Origin: Camelus ferus
Taxonomy: Eukaryota
Assembly (NCBI RefSeq): GCF_009834535.1
Contig: NC_045696.1
Span: forward strand, 9,426,001 to 9,490,000
Direction of reading: 5' to 3'
Length of the DNA: 64,000 bases
Shown here: positions 12,109 to 24,899 of the stretch, piece after piece
Numbering within the stretch: the first letter of the stretch is position 1
Layout: every line of letters begins with the position of its first letter
Notes under the pieces: generated by a model
Databases searched by the model: none
Told to the model about the DNA's origin: nothing
The model's input: the letters and a program-made list of their open reading frames with translations, nothing else
Made by a program: the position numbers and the translations under genes

Positions 12109-12411
12109 TGTAGTAACCTGTTAGGGCTATGGTAACAAAGTACCCAGGGCTGGGTGGCTTATAGCCAGTTCTGTCGGCTGGCATGGATGGGTCAGGGCCC
12201 TTTTCCAGGTTTCACGCTTTTCACTGTGTCCTCACGTGGTGGAAGAGATGAGACAGCTCTGTGGGGTCTCCTTTATAAGGGCACTAATCACATCAGGAAG
12301 GCTCCATCCTCCTGATCCCTAAGCACTTCCCAACAGCTAACACTGTTACCTCTGTGGATTAGGATATCAACATATGAATTCGGGGGGAACACAAACATTC
12401 AGATGGTGGCA
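12109..12411 (-). mobile_element. MaLR LTR (MLT1A-like)
   Basis: TG...CA ends. Motifs aacaaagtacc, ctttataagggcactaatc, caacatatgaatt.gggggg.acacaaacattcag. 5-bp flanks gatgg/gctgg. Confidence 0.8.
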
Positions 12412-13164
12412 GCTGGTGTGAAGGAAAAAGACTGTCAGCGTTGTTTACATGTGTTCATATCATTGTCTAAACTTAATCTTAAAGGAAAGAAAGAAATTGA
12501 CCTGAACTACCAATTCATTTGGGAATTTACATCAGAAGCCCGTTTTCTGACCAGTAACAGTTGGATCTGATGTGTAAATTTGTTTTATTAGCCAGATCAT
12601 CATCAGTGCTGTAAATAATTTATGATGACTGTGTTCATTAAGTGTTTATCTAAAAAATAACTGAAACTGTATCATTAATTTCAAGTAATATTATTAGAGA
12701 GGTTCACACCATTACACATGAATGAAACCTTTTATTAAAATAAGGAGTTTTTTTGCTGTACAGATATTTGCTTAGCATATTTGATTCCCGTACTCTTTTT
12801 GTGAACCTTTTTTCTTTTTACTGAGAAAGCCAGGCAGTGCTTTGAACCACTAATTACATGTGCTTTGGATTGTTGGCAGTGGTTCACTGGGTCTCTGGAA
12901 TAAGACTTTATTCCGTTGTCACCAAGTTAACCAGAAATTTAGAGTTCTCAAATAATATTCTGTTAGTTTCCAGACAGTAGATGTAGTTCGATAGAGTAAT
13001 GGAAACAAATACCATTTTTCTGTTGTCTAAAACATGAATGTATATTTGATTGACAAAGCTTTGCCTGAAGGCTAATTTGGAAAATGCTAATCATAGAAAA
13101 ATTTACTCTTCTAGTGAATAAACTCACCTTTCTTAAATGGCCACGTAAGATTTGTGATACTTTC

Positions 13165-13343
13165 CTTTTTTTTTTTTTTGTGGATTTTTTTTTTTTTGGT
13201 TTGTTTGTTTTGGCGGGGGAGGTACTTAGGTTTGTTTATTTATGTATGCATGTATTTAATTATTTATTTTAATGGAGGAACTGGGAATTGAACCCAGGAC
13301 TTTGTGCATCCTAGGCACGCACTCTACAGCTATGCCTTCCCCC
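13165..13343 (-). mobile_element. Camelid tRNA-derived SINE (vic-1-like)
   Basis: T-rich tail on the left, then ...aatggaggaactgggaattgaacccaggactttgtgcatcctaggcacgcactctacagctat..., the reverse complement of a head with a GGTTCAATTCC B-box. Confidence 0.85.
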
Positions 13344-15558
13344 TCCTTTCTTTTAATAACGTGAAATATTCTGATGGACATGGAAGCAGCTTGAGTGGTG
13401 TCCTTAAATTCTTTGCATCAGTGATGACTCCTGAGCAGTTCGGGAAGCTCCCATGCCCAGGCTGCTCTAGGCCAGTCCCAGTCTCAGAGGCTGGGGGCCG
13501 CCTGGAAAGAATCACCTGGAAAGCTCCCCAAGGTGATTCTAATTGGGAGCCAACGTCGAGGACCATCGTCTAGCCAGAAGCGGGTCTTGCCTGACCAGAG
13601 TCATTGTTGTATCATGAAAAGATACTGAATAGCTGATCCTTGGTTCCACTTGTAGCCAGATCTGTGCCTTGATTTCCTCCAGTCTAAAATGGGAGTCAGC
13701 CTCTGGTTCTGGCTCCTCCCTTCTCCTAAGTGGTGTTTGACCTTGTGGCCAGGAAGTGGGATGATTGGCCGTCAGCACAAGGGTCCAGCCTTTGGGCAAG
13801 TGACACGGGAGATAAGAACATTTACTTCGACAGGGGGTTGTCTCTGGGGCCTCTGTACACATCCTCTCCTGGTGCTGCTCACCCTCCATCCCGGCGTCAG
13901 GTCCCAGGCTTGTCCTCCCAAAGCTTACACTTCGGTAGACAAGATACCACTCAGTAGTAATCTGATGATTGCAATATTTTGAAGATCCAAGGGGGCACGG
14001 CTGATATGCAGTTTCCTCTTGTAAAGTTATATATGCTTGACTGTGTATCTGCCTGTCCCCATGACCAGTCATCCTGTGGCAGCCTGTTGTAAATGTGACA
14101 TTCCAGCAAGAGGGTAACAGGTGGGTTCTGTTACCGCATGAACCTCAGCCCTTCCAGGCCGTTTTCACTTTTCATCCTGGTGTCACAGGCACGTGGTTTT
14201 TCAGACTTCAATTACACATGAAATTTCCCCTGAAACCTCCTTAAGGGTGGAGAGATATTAAACCAATATGGTCTGGTTTAATTTGTTTGGGAAAGTTCAG
14301 GATGTTTTAAGTTTAAAGAAAGAAAAGCCTGCATATTATCTTTGTGCAAAGTTTGCTTTAGAAGTGCCCACTATTTCTCTAATTTTAGAATTTCTGACTC
14401 TTAAATAAACCCCTCCCCATTTTTTTTTTTACATTCATGGGGTTCTTATGAGTTCTCACCACTCCCTTCCCTAGCAAAATTTGGTCCTCTTTTCAGCTCC
14501 ATTGCTCCAAGCGTTTTTTCTTCAGTAGCTGTAGCTTTAAATGTTATTGCCAGCACCTACAGACTTTTCAAGCCCCAAAGACAATTACATAAGGGACTCA
14601 AAAAAAAAAAAAAAGATTTGTGATATATCAGAATAGCTAAAGCAGAGGCTGTTTGATTCCCGGGTTTATGTTTCAGGCAATATTCTTTCTTTCATTTCTA
14701 TAAATGTCATCAGATGACACAGTCCACTCTTTTTCAGACATGCCAATGAGGGGCCTGTCTGCCCTGTCCGGTGAATGCACCCCTCCTGTTACCATCAGAG
14801 CTGTTGTGCCCACATCAGTGTGTGTGCCGGGGGCAGGGTGGTGATGGCAGAGGCGGGAATAGACTCCTCAGTGTGCATTTTCTGTGCAAAATTGTGAGGA
14901 CTCATTTCAAGGGCTGAGGGGAAGTGCCAGTTATTCGAAATACAACTCAGTTGTGACAGAGAATTTTTCCCTTTGTGAATACTAATCACTGTCACAACAT
15001 GGGGACGCTGACAATTAATGAGGCGGTAAATGGCTTTGCTGTGTTCTCTGGGCGTTGGCAGGCTTCTGCCATGGTAATAGGAAGTAAAAATAGCTCCTCG
15101 ACCCTTCTTGGGCAGAACAGAAACATTTTCAAAATATAACATCAGGAAAATATTAATGAACTCAACTCAGTCTTTGATGTTGGAGAGAGAGTTGACATCA
15201 TGTTGTATAGATTTCAGTCACTGTAGAAATCCTTTACTATATTTGATTTAGTTTGTGTAGGTGTTTTTATTTATGTTTTATTTATATTTATTTTACTATT
15301 TATATTTACTTCATGGAGTTTAATATACTCCCGTTCCCCACTGATGTGTGTACATGAGGAGGCAGTGCAGCGTAAGAGTTACTGGAGTGGATCTTAAGCA
15401 CACCTTTACCACTTACACGGTGTGACTCTGGGGAAGCCATTCACCCTACTGCACCTTAGCTTGCCTACCTTAAAATGGGGTTGCATAGTACACCTTAAGA
15501 TGTGCATAAAATGCTTGTCCTAGGGACAGGAACATAGTAAACACACAATGTAGGTTAG

Positions 15559-16107
15559 TGTATTAGTTACCTACTACTGTGTGACAAACTAACTCAAGAC
15601 TGAAAACAATAAACATTGATTATCTCCCAGTTTCTCTGGGTCAGGAATCAAGGGATGGCTTTGCTTGGTGCCCCTACCTCAACGTCTGCAATAGAGCATG
15701 AGCCGCCATTTCATCCGATGGCTCAAGTGAAGGAGTGTCTACTTCTAGATTGACTCACGTGGTTGTTGGCAGGATTGCATTTCTGGTGGGTTGTTGGACT
15801 GAGTTCCTTGGTGGCTACCGGCTAGAGGCCTTCCTCAATCCCTTGCCACACGGGCCCCTCCTTAGGGCAGCTCACAACTTGGCAGCTGGCTTCCATCAGA
15901 GCAAGCAAGAAAGGGCATGCGAGATAAAATGGAATGCATGGTCCTTTTTGTGACCTAATCTCAAGAGTGATTTCCCACCACTTTTACTGGATTCTCTTCG
16001 TTAGAAGTGAGTCAGTAAGTGCAGCTCACACTCAGGGGCTTACACCAGGGCATGAATCCTGGGGGGTGGAGGTCCCTGGGGGGCTGTCTTACAGGCTGCC
16101 TACCACA
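15559..16107 (-). mobile_element. MaLR LTR (older MLT1E/F-like)
   Basis: tgtattagttacct...aataaacattgattatctcccagtttctctgggtcaggaatc...ggctgcctaccaca, with TG...CA termini. Confidence 0.75.
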
Positions 16108-16669
16108 GTAACTGTTTATTAGTACATTTTTTACTCTGTAACCTTTTTTGACTTCTTGGAGCAGCTACTGTTCAGAAATGTTTAAGGTAGTTTCCCATCT
16201 GATTTGTTTTAGCTTCAACTCTTAAAAGAATATCATTTTAGACACCAATACTTAACATAAAATACCTCCCTGATAGGTTTATAGCTGGGTTTTGTAGCAA
16301 AAGCTGTTAGCCACTGAACTTTTGAACCAAGAGCTCAGGAAACTGAACCTTTTTTACACTGTGAAGGTTCAGTACATTTCCTTTCATTACTAACTTCAGC
16401 AGGTGCAGTGTGAAGTTCCCATGTGTAGTCATAATCAACACCATAGAAAGAGGTATTTGAGGTTGATCTGAATTCAGAATTAAAAGACAGAAATGTTATT
16501 TAATTCAGAAAGCTACTTTGGATTTTTTTTTTTGCACAATATAACAGTAGTCTGCTTTACTTTATCACCTTTATATTTTTTGTTAAATTTTCTGCTTCAC
16601 TTCACAGATAATATAAGTAGTTGCTATTCATTAACATGAGATGCTTGAAGTATAATGTGTATCATTTCA

Positions 16670-16840
16670 TCTTTTTACAAAGACTCTATGAAATAGGTAC
16701 TATTATTACTCCCATTCTACAGATGTGGAAACTGAGGCTAGGGGGAGGCCAATTAACCTGTCCCAGGCCACATAGCCAGTAAAGGCAGGTTTTAGGACTC
16801 AAACCTAGTTTTAGCCAACTCCAAAGCCCATGCCATAATC
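16670..16840 (-). mobile_element. MIR
   Basis: MIR core in reverse: tattattactcccattctacagatgtggaaactgaggct...cctgtcccaggccacatagc. Confidence 0.75.
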
Positions 16841-17707
16841 ATTTTATAGTGTGCAGTAACACACGTGAATTTTTTTGTATCTTTCACATCTTATTTAAAC
16901 CCTAAGACATCTCTATGAAGAAAGTACTTTTATCCATAGGAAACTGAGCTTCAGATGAGCAACAACTCTGTTATTCTCTCAGCCGTTTATTTACATTAAC
17001 GGATCTGTTGGAGGGCTTGCGGTCCATCAGTGGCAGCCGTGATGATGTTCTTGTGTTCCAGCAGAAGGCAGTGCCTGGTCACTGGGGCCAGACAGACCCG
17101 GATTTGATTCCCAGCTCCATCACTTCACTCACTCACTCACTCTCCCATTCATTCATTCATTCATTCATTCTACAACTGTTTCTGAGGGCCTGCTATGTTC
17201 TGAGCACCGTGCTGGTGACAGGCCAGCTGTGGGTCCCCAGGTGAGTCAGTCAACCTCCCCAGGTCCAGTATCCCCAGTTGCAAAAGGGGGACAGTAACCC
17301 TACCCCACAGTCACCGCAAGGCCAGTGTGAGGGGAGCGCAGCCCTCGGTGAGTGACAGACGCCATCCCTCCCGTTACGGGCTCCCCGGCTGGCAGGGAGG
17401 ACCTGATAATTTTTTGTTGTGTGTGTTGTGTAAATACAACTAAATGGCGTAACAGATCCCTAGTAAACCACACGTCCTTGGGCACGACATCCACCCAGAC
17501 CTCGTTTGCTTCATCTACAAAGTGACCAGGTTGACTGGGTCATCTCGGCGAGGTCACTTCTGGCTCTTGGATCACGGAGCACGGCCTGTTTACCCCTTGC
17601 TCCCCAATGTGTTCAATCAGACTTTTCTAAGTAGAAATTTGCTCAGGAAGAGAATTTCCTCTAGTGTGATTCTGGTTCTCTTCCACCCAGCTTCCCGGAG
17701 TTCCACC

Positions 17708-18156
17708 TGCGGGGGAGACAGCTTTTTTCGCCCATCCTGGGTTTTTGGCTGCAGCTTTTCCCCAAAAAGATGGATCACGAGAGAAAAACAGATAATCATG
17801 AATATCCTTGCGAGAAGCCTCGGTGAAACCTAACTCAAGGTGGAGGCTTAGAAGGGATGTGTGTAGCCACTTCCACAAAGAATAAATTGATAGAGAAATG
17901 ACAGGAGGGGGAAAGCAGTGTCAGGCCCCCACACGGTAGCCTGCTGGGGGAAGGAACCTGACGGGGTGCCCCTTCAGGTCCCTCTGTAAGAGTCTGGAGC
18001 CCTCTCAGTAAAGGCGGCATTGCTATGCTACCTTCAGGCGGAAAAAGGGGAGAAGACAGACCTCTCCTGCATATGCTGCTTCGTAATGGCCTTCATTCAA
18101 CTCAAAATAACTTCTGTGTCAGAGAGGCATATTTTGGGGTGACATTCTGGTCTCCA
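17708..18156 (-). mobile_element. Solo ERV1-class LTR (MER34/MER39-like)
   Basis: Minus strand begins tggagaccagaatgtcaccccaaaatatgcctct...ttattttgagttgaa and ends ...ctcccccgca. Exact 4-bp TSD CACC (17704-17707 / 18157-18160). Confidence 0.8.
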
Positions 18157-20999
18157 CACCTACACTCCTGCCTGATCCTGCGTTGGTCAGTAGGAGGCCT
18201 GTCTGCTGGTTTGTGGTGAGAGAAGAGGTAAATTTCAGCCACTTAACACTTGTGCCTGTATTTGGTCTTGGAAATTTAATTGATCAGAGAGGAACTTGTG
18301 TCAGAGATGGTTTCACTGACCCCAGCGCTTACTCTGTCCATTTACCATTTGAGGGTTTGCCAAAGATACAGCCTTGCAGAGCCAGAACACTTAGGTGAAA
18401 CTTTTTTTTTTTAAGTTTGTCCATTATTGGGGATTGTCCCAAAATCTCCTGATAATTATTTCTTTTTGATAGAGTGACAGTATATCCCAGTCGGTCCATC
18501 TGGTTAAAGCCTGTCGACCGGGAAAGTTACTAGTGGTACCATCTTTCACTCTTCTAAGTTTGGGTGATAAAGTATATATGTAGTTTGTAATTATACAGTT
18601 AGTTATAAACACCCTATTTATTTAGCATTTACCATTTGCCACATATTTTATGTACATCATTTCATTTCATCCTTCTTACAACCTCCTAAGATTAATACTA
18701 TATTTGCCCATTTTATAGATGGAGAAGGCTCCTCCCTTCGCAAAACTAATCAGCACATAGAATCCCATGGCACCTGGGCGTCTGACTCTGGGCGCAGCTG
18801 CAGAACCACGGCAGGAAGGGCCCTCACGCCCAAGCCTTCCGTCTCTCCAAGGAGGAATCAAGGCTCAGAGCGGTGACAACGTTTTCTCCGGGGGGGGGGG
18901 GGGGGCGGTCACCACACATTTACAGAACTAGAACTTGCTCGCGGGTCTCCTTCCTCCCAGCCCACGAGTTACACCGCTCATCTAGTTTCCTGTGGAATAA
19001 TGTCCTCCCCATCCCAGCTCCATCCCCACAAAGAACTCAGGGCATGCAGATGAGGAGAAGGACACCAGAGTCAACAGCTAGAACCGGCAGGGCTGTCTCC
19101 TGCGCCACCGTTAGGGGGCTGCCGAGGAGCAGGGTATCCCATCCCTCTTTGGGGAGGGGCGGAGGGAGCGTGGCCCAGAGAGCTGATCCCGGGCTGTTCA
19201 AACACCGGCCACCAGGGGGAGGTCACCTCACGTGTGTTCTGGGATGGAGCCTGGTAGTTGCCTTAGACTGTTTCAGGCATCAAAGACCGAACAGGCATTG
19301 TCAGAACGGAGAAGTCACTCCTTGTGCTGCCGAAGAAGCTCTTGTAACCATCAATGTGAGGTTGGAACTTTAAAGTGGAGAGACACCCCCCTCTGCTCAG
19401 TTCCCCATACAGAAAGCCAAAGCAGTGACAGCCACCCCCTGAGGGTACCCTCCCGCCGCGGGGGCGATGGGACCCCCTTTGGTTAGAGCAGGGAGCACAG
19501 GGATGCTGAGCTCCCCCCCAAGGAGTGACCCTCCTCTTCCAGCTGTGCCTGGTACGCGTTTGTGACATGCTCTGCCCCCGCCCCAACACACACATTTGTT
19601 GTACCAGCCTCTGACTCAAATTATCCGCATAAAGAAATGTAAAGAGAGAACTCACTCAGATGAAATAAACACTTCATTTCAGAGAGAAGAGGAATTTTCT
19701 GGGCTGGCTTCACCTATTGGGTGACTGCGTAGATTACTTCCAAAAGGCAAAGCTTGTGCTGGTGCATGGATTACCAGGCCAGTGTGGTGGGCTCCTGTCC
19801 TCAGACAAGTCCAGGACTACCTGCTGCTCGGGCCATGGAGGGACAGCTTTCTTCTGGGCTGGAGTCAGGATTCTGGGGAATTCACGTAGATCTTGGCTGT
19901 GCTCACACAACCACCTTTGCGTCCTGAGCTGCAGATCTCAGATGGTGATGGAGACCCCTCAGGGCTGAGTCAGCAGTCTGTCAGCTCCTGAAAACAGACC
20001 TCTCATCAGAAAAACTCACTGGGTTACAAACAGTGCGTGGCCTGGCCTGAAGAGCCTTACAGACGTTTGGCATCAGCAGGGTTGGTTGGCATCTATAGCT
20101 CTCTTTCTAGAATATCCGAATCCGAGATGTTTCTTTCAAATTCAACCACCTGTTTTACCCTGGCACACTTCCAGAGTGGTTTTCATTTTTAAAATCAGTT
20201 CTGGAATTTGTGTATTCCTTTGAAGTGAGACCCTAATGCAGTCTCTTATTCGTTTAATCCCGGACCCATATTGGGAAATACTGTAATGGATCATAACATA
20301 CTTTGTAACATCCACACTCAGAGGATTTCAGTTATTTAGAGCATGTTCAGGGTAATGACCTGGTCCTCAGCACTAAGAGCCTGCCTGAGACTGTGGCACA
20401 GGTGAGGTGGATGAGGGTAGAGAGGTATTCGGGGCATGACTTCCTGCAGTGATTGGAAGGTAGTTGTGCAGAGGACAGAGTGGAGTGTTAGGTGCTGCAT
20501 TCGTGGCCTGGAATGAAGCAGTAACACCTGAGGGCCGTGTCTGAGATTCTGAGCAGCTTTATCTTATATTGTAAAAGGAGGGCTGGGTGGTCCTTCACCT
20601 TACTAGGATGTTGTGAGAATTTAAGTACAGCAGGACAGTGTTTGTGATAGTATCTGAAGGCAGGGGGTACCTGAAATGATTTATTTCTTCTTTATCAAGA
20701 ACTCTGTTTGAATGTCAATGAATATATGATTAGAGGTTTTATATTGAGTAACCATTTAATTTTTGTTTGTTTATTTCCTTTTCATTTATTATCTTGTCCT
20801 CCTTTGTTTTCTCTGCTAGATAGCACCAGGGCCACATTGGCAGGATCACCTACTTCCAGGTCTTCTTGTTGCTTGCTGCCTGTCTTATTTTTATGCCTCA
20901 GCCGAGAGTGAAAATGTGCTCCAGAGTATGCACATATTACCTGTGAGCGCTCACCCTTTATGGACAAATGCCTTACTTTGGAGCTGTGCATATGATAAA

Positions 21000-21240
21000 G
21001 GCAGTAAGATGCAGTAGATAGGAGTGTGGACCTCAGAGCCAAGTCAGTCTGAAATCAAATCCCAGCTCTGCCAGCAGCTAGCTATGTGACCTTGGGCAAG
21101 TAATTTAACTTCTCTGTGCTTCAGTCTCTGTGCAAAATGGCATGATAGAAGTATGTACCTCAAGGGGTTGTGAAGATGTGAGCATAGACATAAAGGGCCA
21201 AAAATAATACCAGGCTTACAGTGAGTTTTGTACATATTAC
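21000..21240 (+). mobile_element. MIR
   Basis: aaatcccagctctgcca...agctatgtgaccttgggcaagtaatttaacttctctgtgcttcagt...aaaatgg. Confidence 0.8.
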
Positions 21241-23801
21241 CATATTATGTAATTTATTTTTCAAACGCAAAGATTACAGTGTCTGTATTGCTCACTGCTA
21301 TTTATCCTGTGCCTAGGACAGTGCCTGCCACATAGTAGGCACTTCATAAGTATCGGTGTAGCAGTGGAAATCAAACACTAACATGAAAATGAAACTATTG
21401 CTCTTTTCAGTTCATTAAATATTAAGCCTTATTTTCCCAGGAGTAATTCTGGGCACTTCCAGAAATTGCATAAATTACTTTAGGCCAGTAGGCTCTGAAG
21501 CTCTAAAATTATTGCAGTGATTGTGAGCGTGCGCACACACGCGCCTGTGTGCAATTAACAGACCTAGATGTTGCTGAGCGGCTAGAATGCCGGCGTGAGA
21601 TGCATTACTCCAGACGACTGGCGTGGCTTGTTATCACGCGGCGCGCTTAGAAAATCATGTTTTAACATGGATGAGCGTTGCTAAAAAGTTGAAGACATAG
21701 AAAACCTAAACACTTAAAAAAAAAACTTGATAAGATAATGGATATAAAACCATAAACTTTATCTAAAGCATAAAATCATTATTGATGACAGTAAGACATC
21801 CTAGGCTTTTCAGCACAATTTAAAAAAAAGATCCTGTAATTGAAAAATAAACATCCTGTTTGCTGGTGAGGTTTTACCCTTCCTCCTTCCCTCCCCTCTT
21901 TTCTCTCTCTCTTCCCCTTCCCTCCTTCCTTTCTCTCTTTTTGTTCTTAGAATGCCTTTTAGGAGACAGATCTTTTCAGAAATTCATTGTCATCTGCTAA
22001 GTCTCCACCTACTGGCCAGGCTCTAGCACCCTCCATAGAAGGTCGTTCTTTTGCCAAATCTTGTCCTAAGGGGGCAGAATCAACTTGTGATCTTATCTTT
22101 GAATGCTGCCCTGGTTTCCATTAGATTGTGCCAGGAAAGATGACCTTCCATAATGAAATGCATGCTGTCTGCTTAGCACGCAGTGGCCTGCTGTGCTTTT
22201 AATTAAATGAACCAATCTTTAAAAACTCCATTTTTATCCCCGAAGCAGCATGTCACCCACAGTCTGTCCCAGGTCAGTCATTCCAGTTGACTATCATAGG
22301 GCGGCACCAGTGGGGACTGAAGACTGGATCAAGGGGCTTTAGTGTGGTGTGATCTGGGCTCATAGTTCTTGGAGCCAGTTCTCTGTGCTTTTGGTCCAGG
22401 ATTACTCACCCCTCATCCAGCCTTCTAGCCAGAGAACACAGCCGTTACAAGCTGACGTTAGCGGAAGTGACCCTCTGTTGCCCTGTGTCCACACTGTGTT
22501 GGCGTAAGTGTATTTAATGGCCCTGGGGAGAACTTTCTGAAGATCACAGCTCACAGTGAGTGCCGTTTACTGAGTACCAACTCTGGGTTATTATATTTGT
22601 CTAGGTTGCTGTGTGCTTTGAAGTGTAACTCACTGTAAAGTTTGTATTTGGTCATAAAAAGCATTTACTAAAAATTCCTCATCGTCTTCCCTCAACCTGT
22701 TTCTTAGAGACAACCTTGATAAGTTTTACTGTCCTCCTTCGTGCATGCTCTATGCAGGTCTGACGCCATTAGCATGTTGCCTGCAAGTTCCAAATCCTGC
22801 AGATTTGAAATAGCACCTAAATGGTCAAATGTCCTTGAATCAGGGCTCTTCTGTTTAATCTCTTCGTCCATTATCTGAACCATTTTCATAATATTTTAAT
22901 GACCAGACCTTATGTTTTAGCCTTATTTAACAATTAAGAGGGCTGATGTTCCCCTGTTCTCATTTTCAGAATTTATTTTCCTGGCCAGTTTCCTTTGCTA
23001 TTCTCCTTCGAGAACTTTTAAGAACCACTCTGTCATGTTCAGAGTATCCCCCTGCAAAGAGCAAAAACAAAAACGCAACAACCAAACCTGTTGGTATTTT
23101 GAGTGAGATTGTTTTGGGTTTATAGTTACTTAGGGAGAATTGACATCTTTCAGTATTATGTTCCTGTAATGTTGTTCTACTGATTTAAGCCATCTCTCAC
23201 GCCACCTGTACAGGTTTGACGTTTTCCATATATGTATATTCTTTATATAGATCACCCATGTGTTTCTTTGGTTTATGCTTTAGATTTTTCAGTATAAATA
23301 TTTTTATGTAAGCTTAGGAAGTGTATTCAAATATGAGATCTTGTCTTCCGTTATGCTTAATTTTACTTCCATATAAGGGAAATTGTTGTTTTCTATGCAT
23401 TAACTAAAGCCTCTTACTGTTTCTAATAATGTTTCAATTGATTCTCCTGCATCTTGGAGGTATTAAATCATATCACCTGCCAACGGTGATGATTATGCCA
23501 TTTTCTTCACAGCGCTTCTGTTTTATTCTCTTACCCACATGATTCTTTGACGTTAGATTTTGGCAGCGGCAGGTGGCATCCTTGTCTGGTACCCAGCGTT
23601 TAAGGGAAATGTGCTAGTGTTCCACCGTTGACCTTAACCTTGGCGTGGTGTTATGGTACTTTAATTTACCTTCCGGTATTGTTGATGAATACGTTCCTGT
23701 TCGGGACCTGGTCACACACAGCAGACACATTCAGCTCTCTCTCACTGCTTTTTTTGTAGTCTCTTACCTAGCACGCAATTCTCCTTTTAAAGAAGCGACT
23801 T

Positions 23802-24364
23802 TGGCCCTTCGGCCAGAGCCACCATCTTCCAATAATTCACCAAGATGACCAGCACAGAAAAGAGGAGAGGCACCCGCTCCATGTTCTCTAGGCCGCTTAG
23901 AAAACATGGAGCTGTCCCTTTGGCCACAAGCCTGCAGATCTACAAGAAAAGCGATCTTGTCGAAATCAATGGAATGGGCACTGTTCACAGTAGAACATCC
24001 CCCAAAACTGGATGAGTGTACAGTATTAACCTGGCATGCTGTTGACAGTGTTGTCAACAAACAAGTTCACGGCAAGATTCTTGCCAAGAGAACTAATGTA
24101 CCTATTGATCATAGTAAGCATACTAAGAGCCGAGATAGCTTCCTGCAACACGTGATGGAAAATGGTCAGAAAAGGAAGGAAGCCAGAGAAAGTTACTTGG
24201 GTTCAATTGAAGCACCAGCCTGCTCCACCCAGAGAAACACGCTTTGCAGAAACCAGTGGAAAGGAGCCGGAACTACTAGAACCCGGTCCCTGTGAGTTCA
24301 TGGCATGATGGGTGTAAAAATAAAATAAAATGAAAGACTTCTGGACTAAAAAACAAACAAAGAA
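23802..24364 (+). pseudogene. RPL21: Processed RPL21 (60S ribosomal protein L21) pseudogene
   Basis: Intronless. ATG 23845 reads [28 protein letters not shown]...IYKK..GMGTV. Later frames give [14 protein letters not shown] and [14 protein letters not shown]...[13 protein letters not shown] (stop 24306-24308). In-frame TGA at 24013-24015, a deletion of about 5 codons and two frameshifts. AATAAA at 24319 then an A-rich tail. TSD aaagaagcgactt (23789-23801) / aaagaagtgactt (24365-24377) at a TTTT|AA site. Confidence 0.95.
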
Positions 24365-24383
24365 AAAGAAGTGACTTCAAGCA

Positions 24384-24850
24384 TTTTTTAAAAACTTTTA
24401 AAAATTAAAGTATAGTTGATGTGCAGTGTTATGTGACAGGGGTACAACATAGTGGTTCACAGTTTTTAAAGGTTATCCTCCAGTTACAGTTATTATGAGA
24501 TATTGGCTGCAGCCCCCGTGCTGTTCAGCATATCCTTGTGGCTTGTTTGTGTAGTTTATATGTAACAGTTTGACCTCTTACTCCTCTAATCCCACCTGCC
24601 CCTGCCCCTCCTTCTCCCCACTGGTAACTGTTAGGTTGTTCTCTCTGTTTCCTTTTGTTGTATTCTCCAGTTTGTTGTAATTTTTAGATTCCACATGTAA
24701 GTGATATCATAACATTATTTCTTTGTCTCTCTCTGTCTGACTGATTTCGCTGAGCATGATACCCTCCAGATCCATCCACGTTGTTGCAAATTCCAAAATT
24801 TCATTTTTATGGCTGAGTCGTATTCCATTGTATGTACATAGCACATCTTT
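24384..24850 (-). mobile_element. L1 3' fragment
   Basis: aattaaagtatagttgat...ttttagattccacatgtaagtgatatcat...tccatccacgttgttgcaaat...tttttatggctgagtcgtattccattgtatg is the L1 ORF2 end and 3'UTR in reverse. Confidence 0.85.
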
Positions 24851-24899
24851 CCAGAACATTTTCTGAGCCACACGTCTCCATCTGCACAGTCTCTACGCC

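Noticed and set aside
23906..24295. 129-aa ORF with RPL21 similarity as a functional gene
   Set aside because: Only the middle is in the RPL21 frame. The true frame has a premature TGA, a deletion and two frameshifts, with a poly(A) tail and TSDs.
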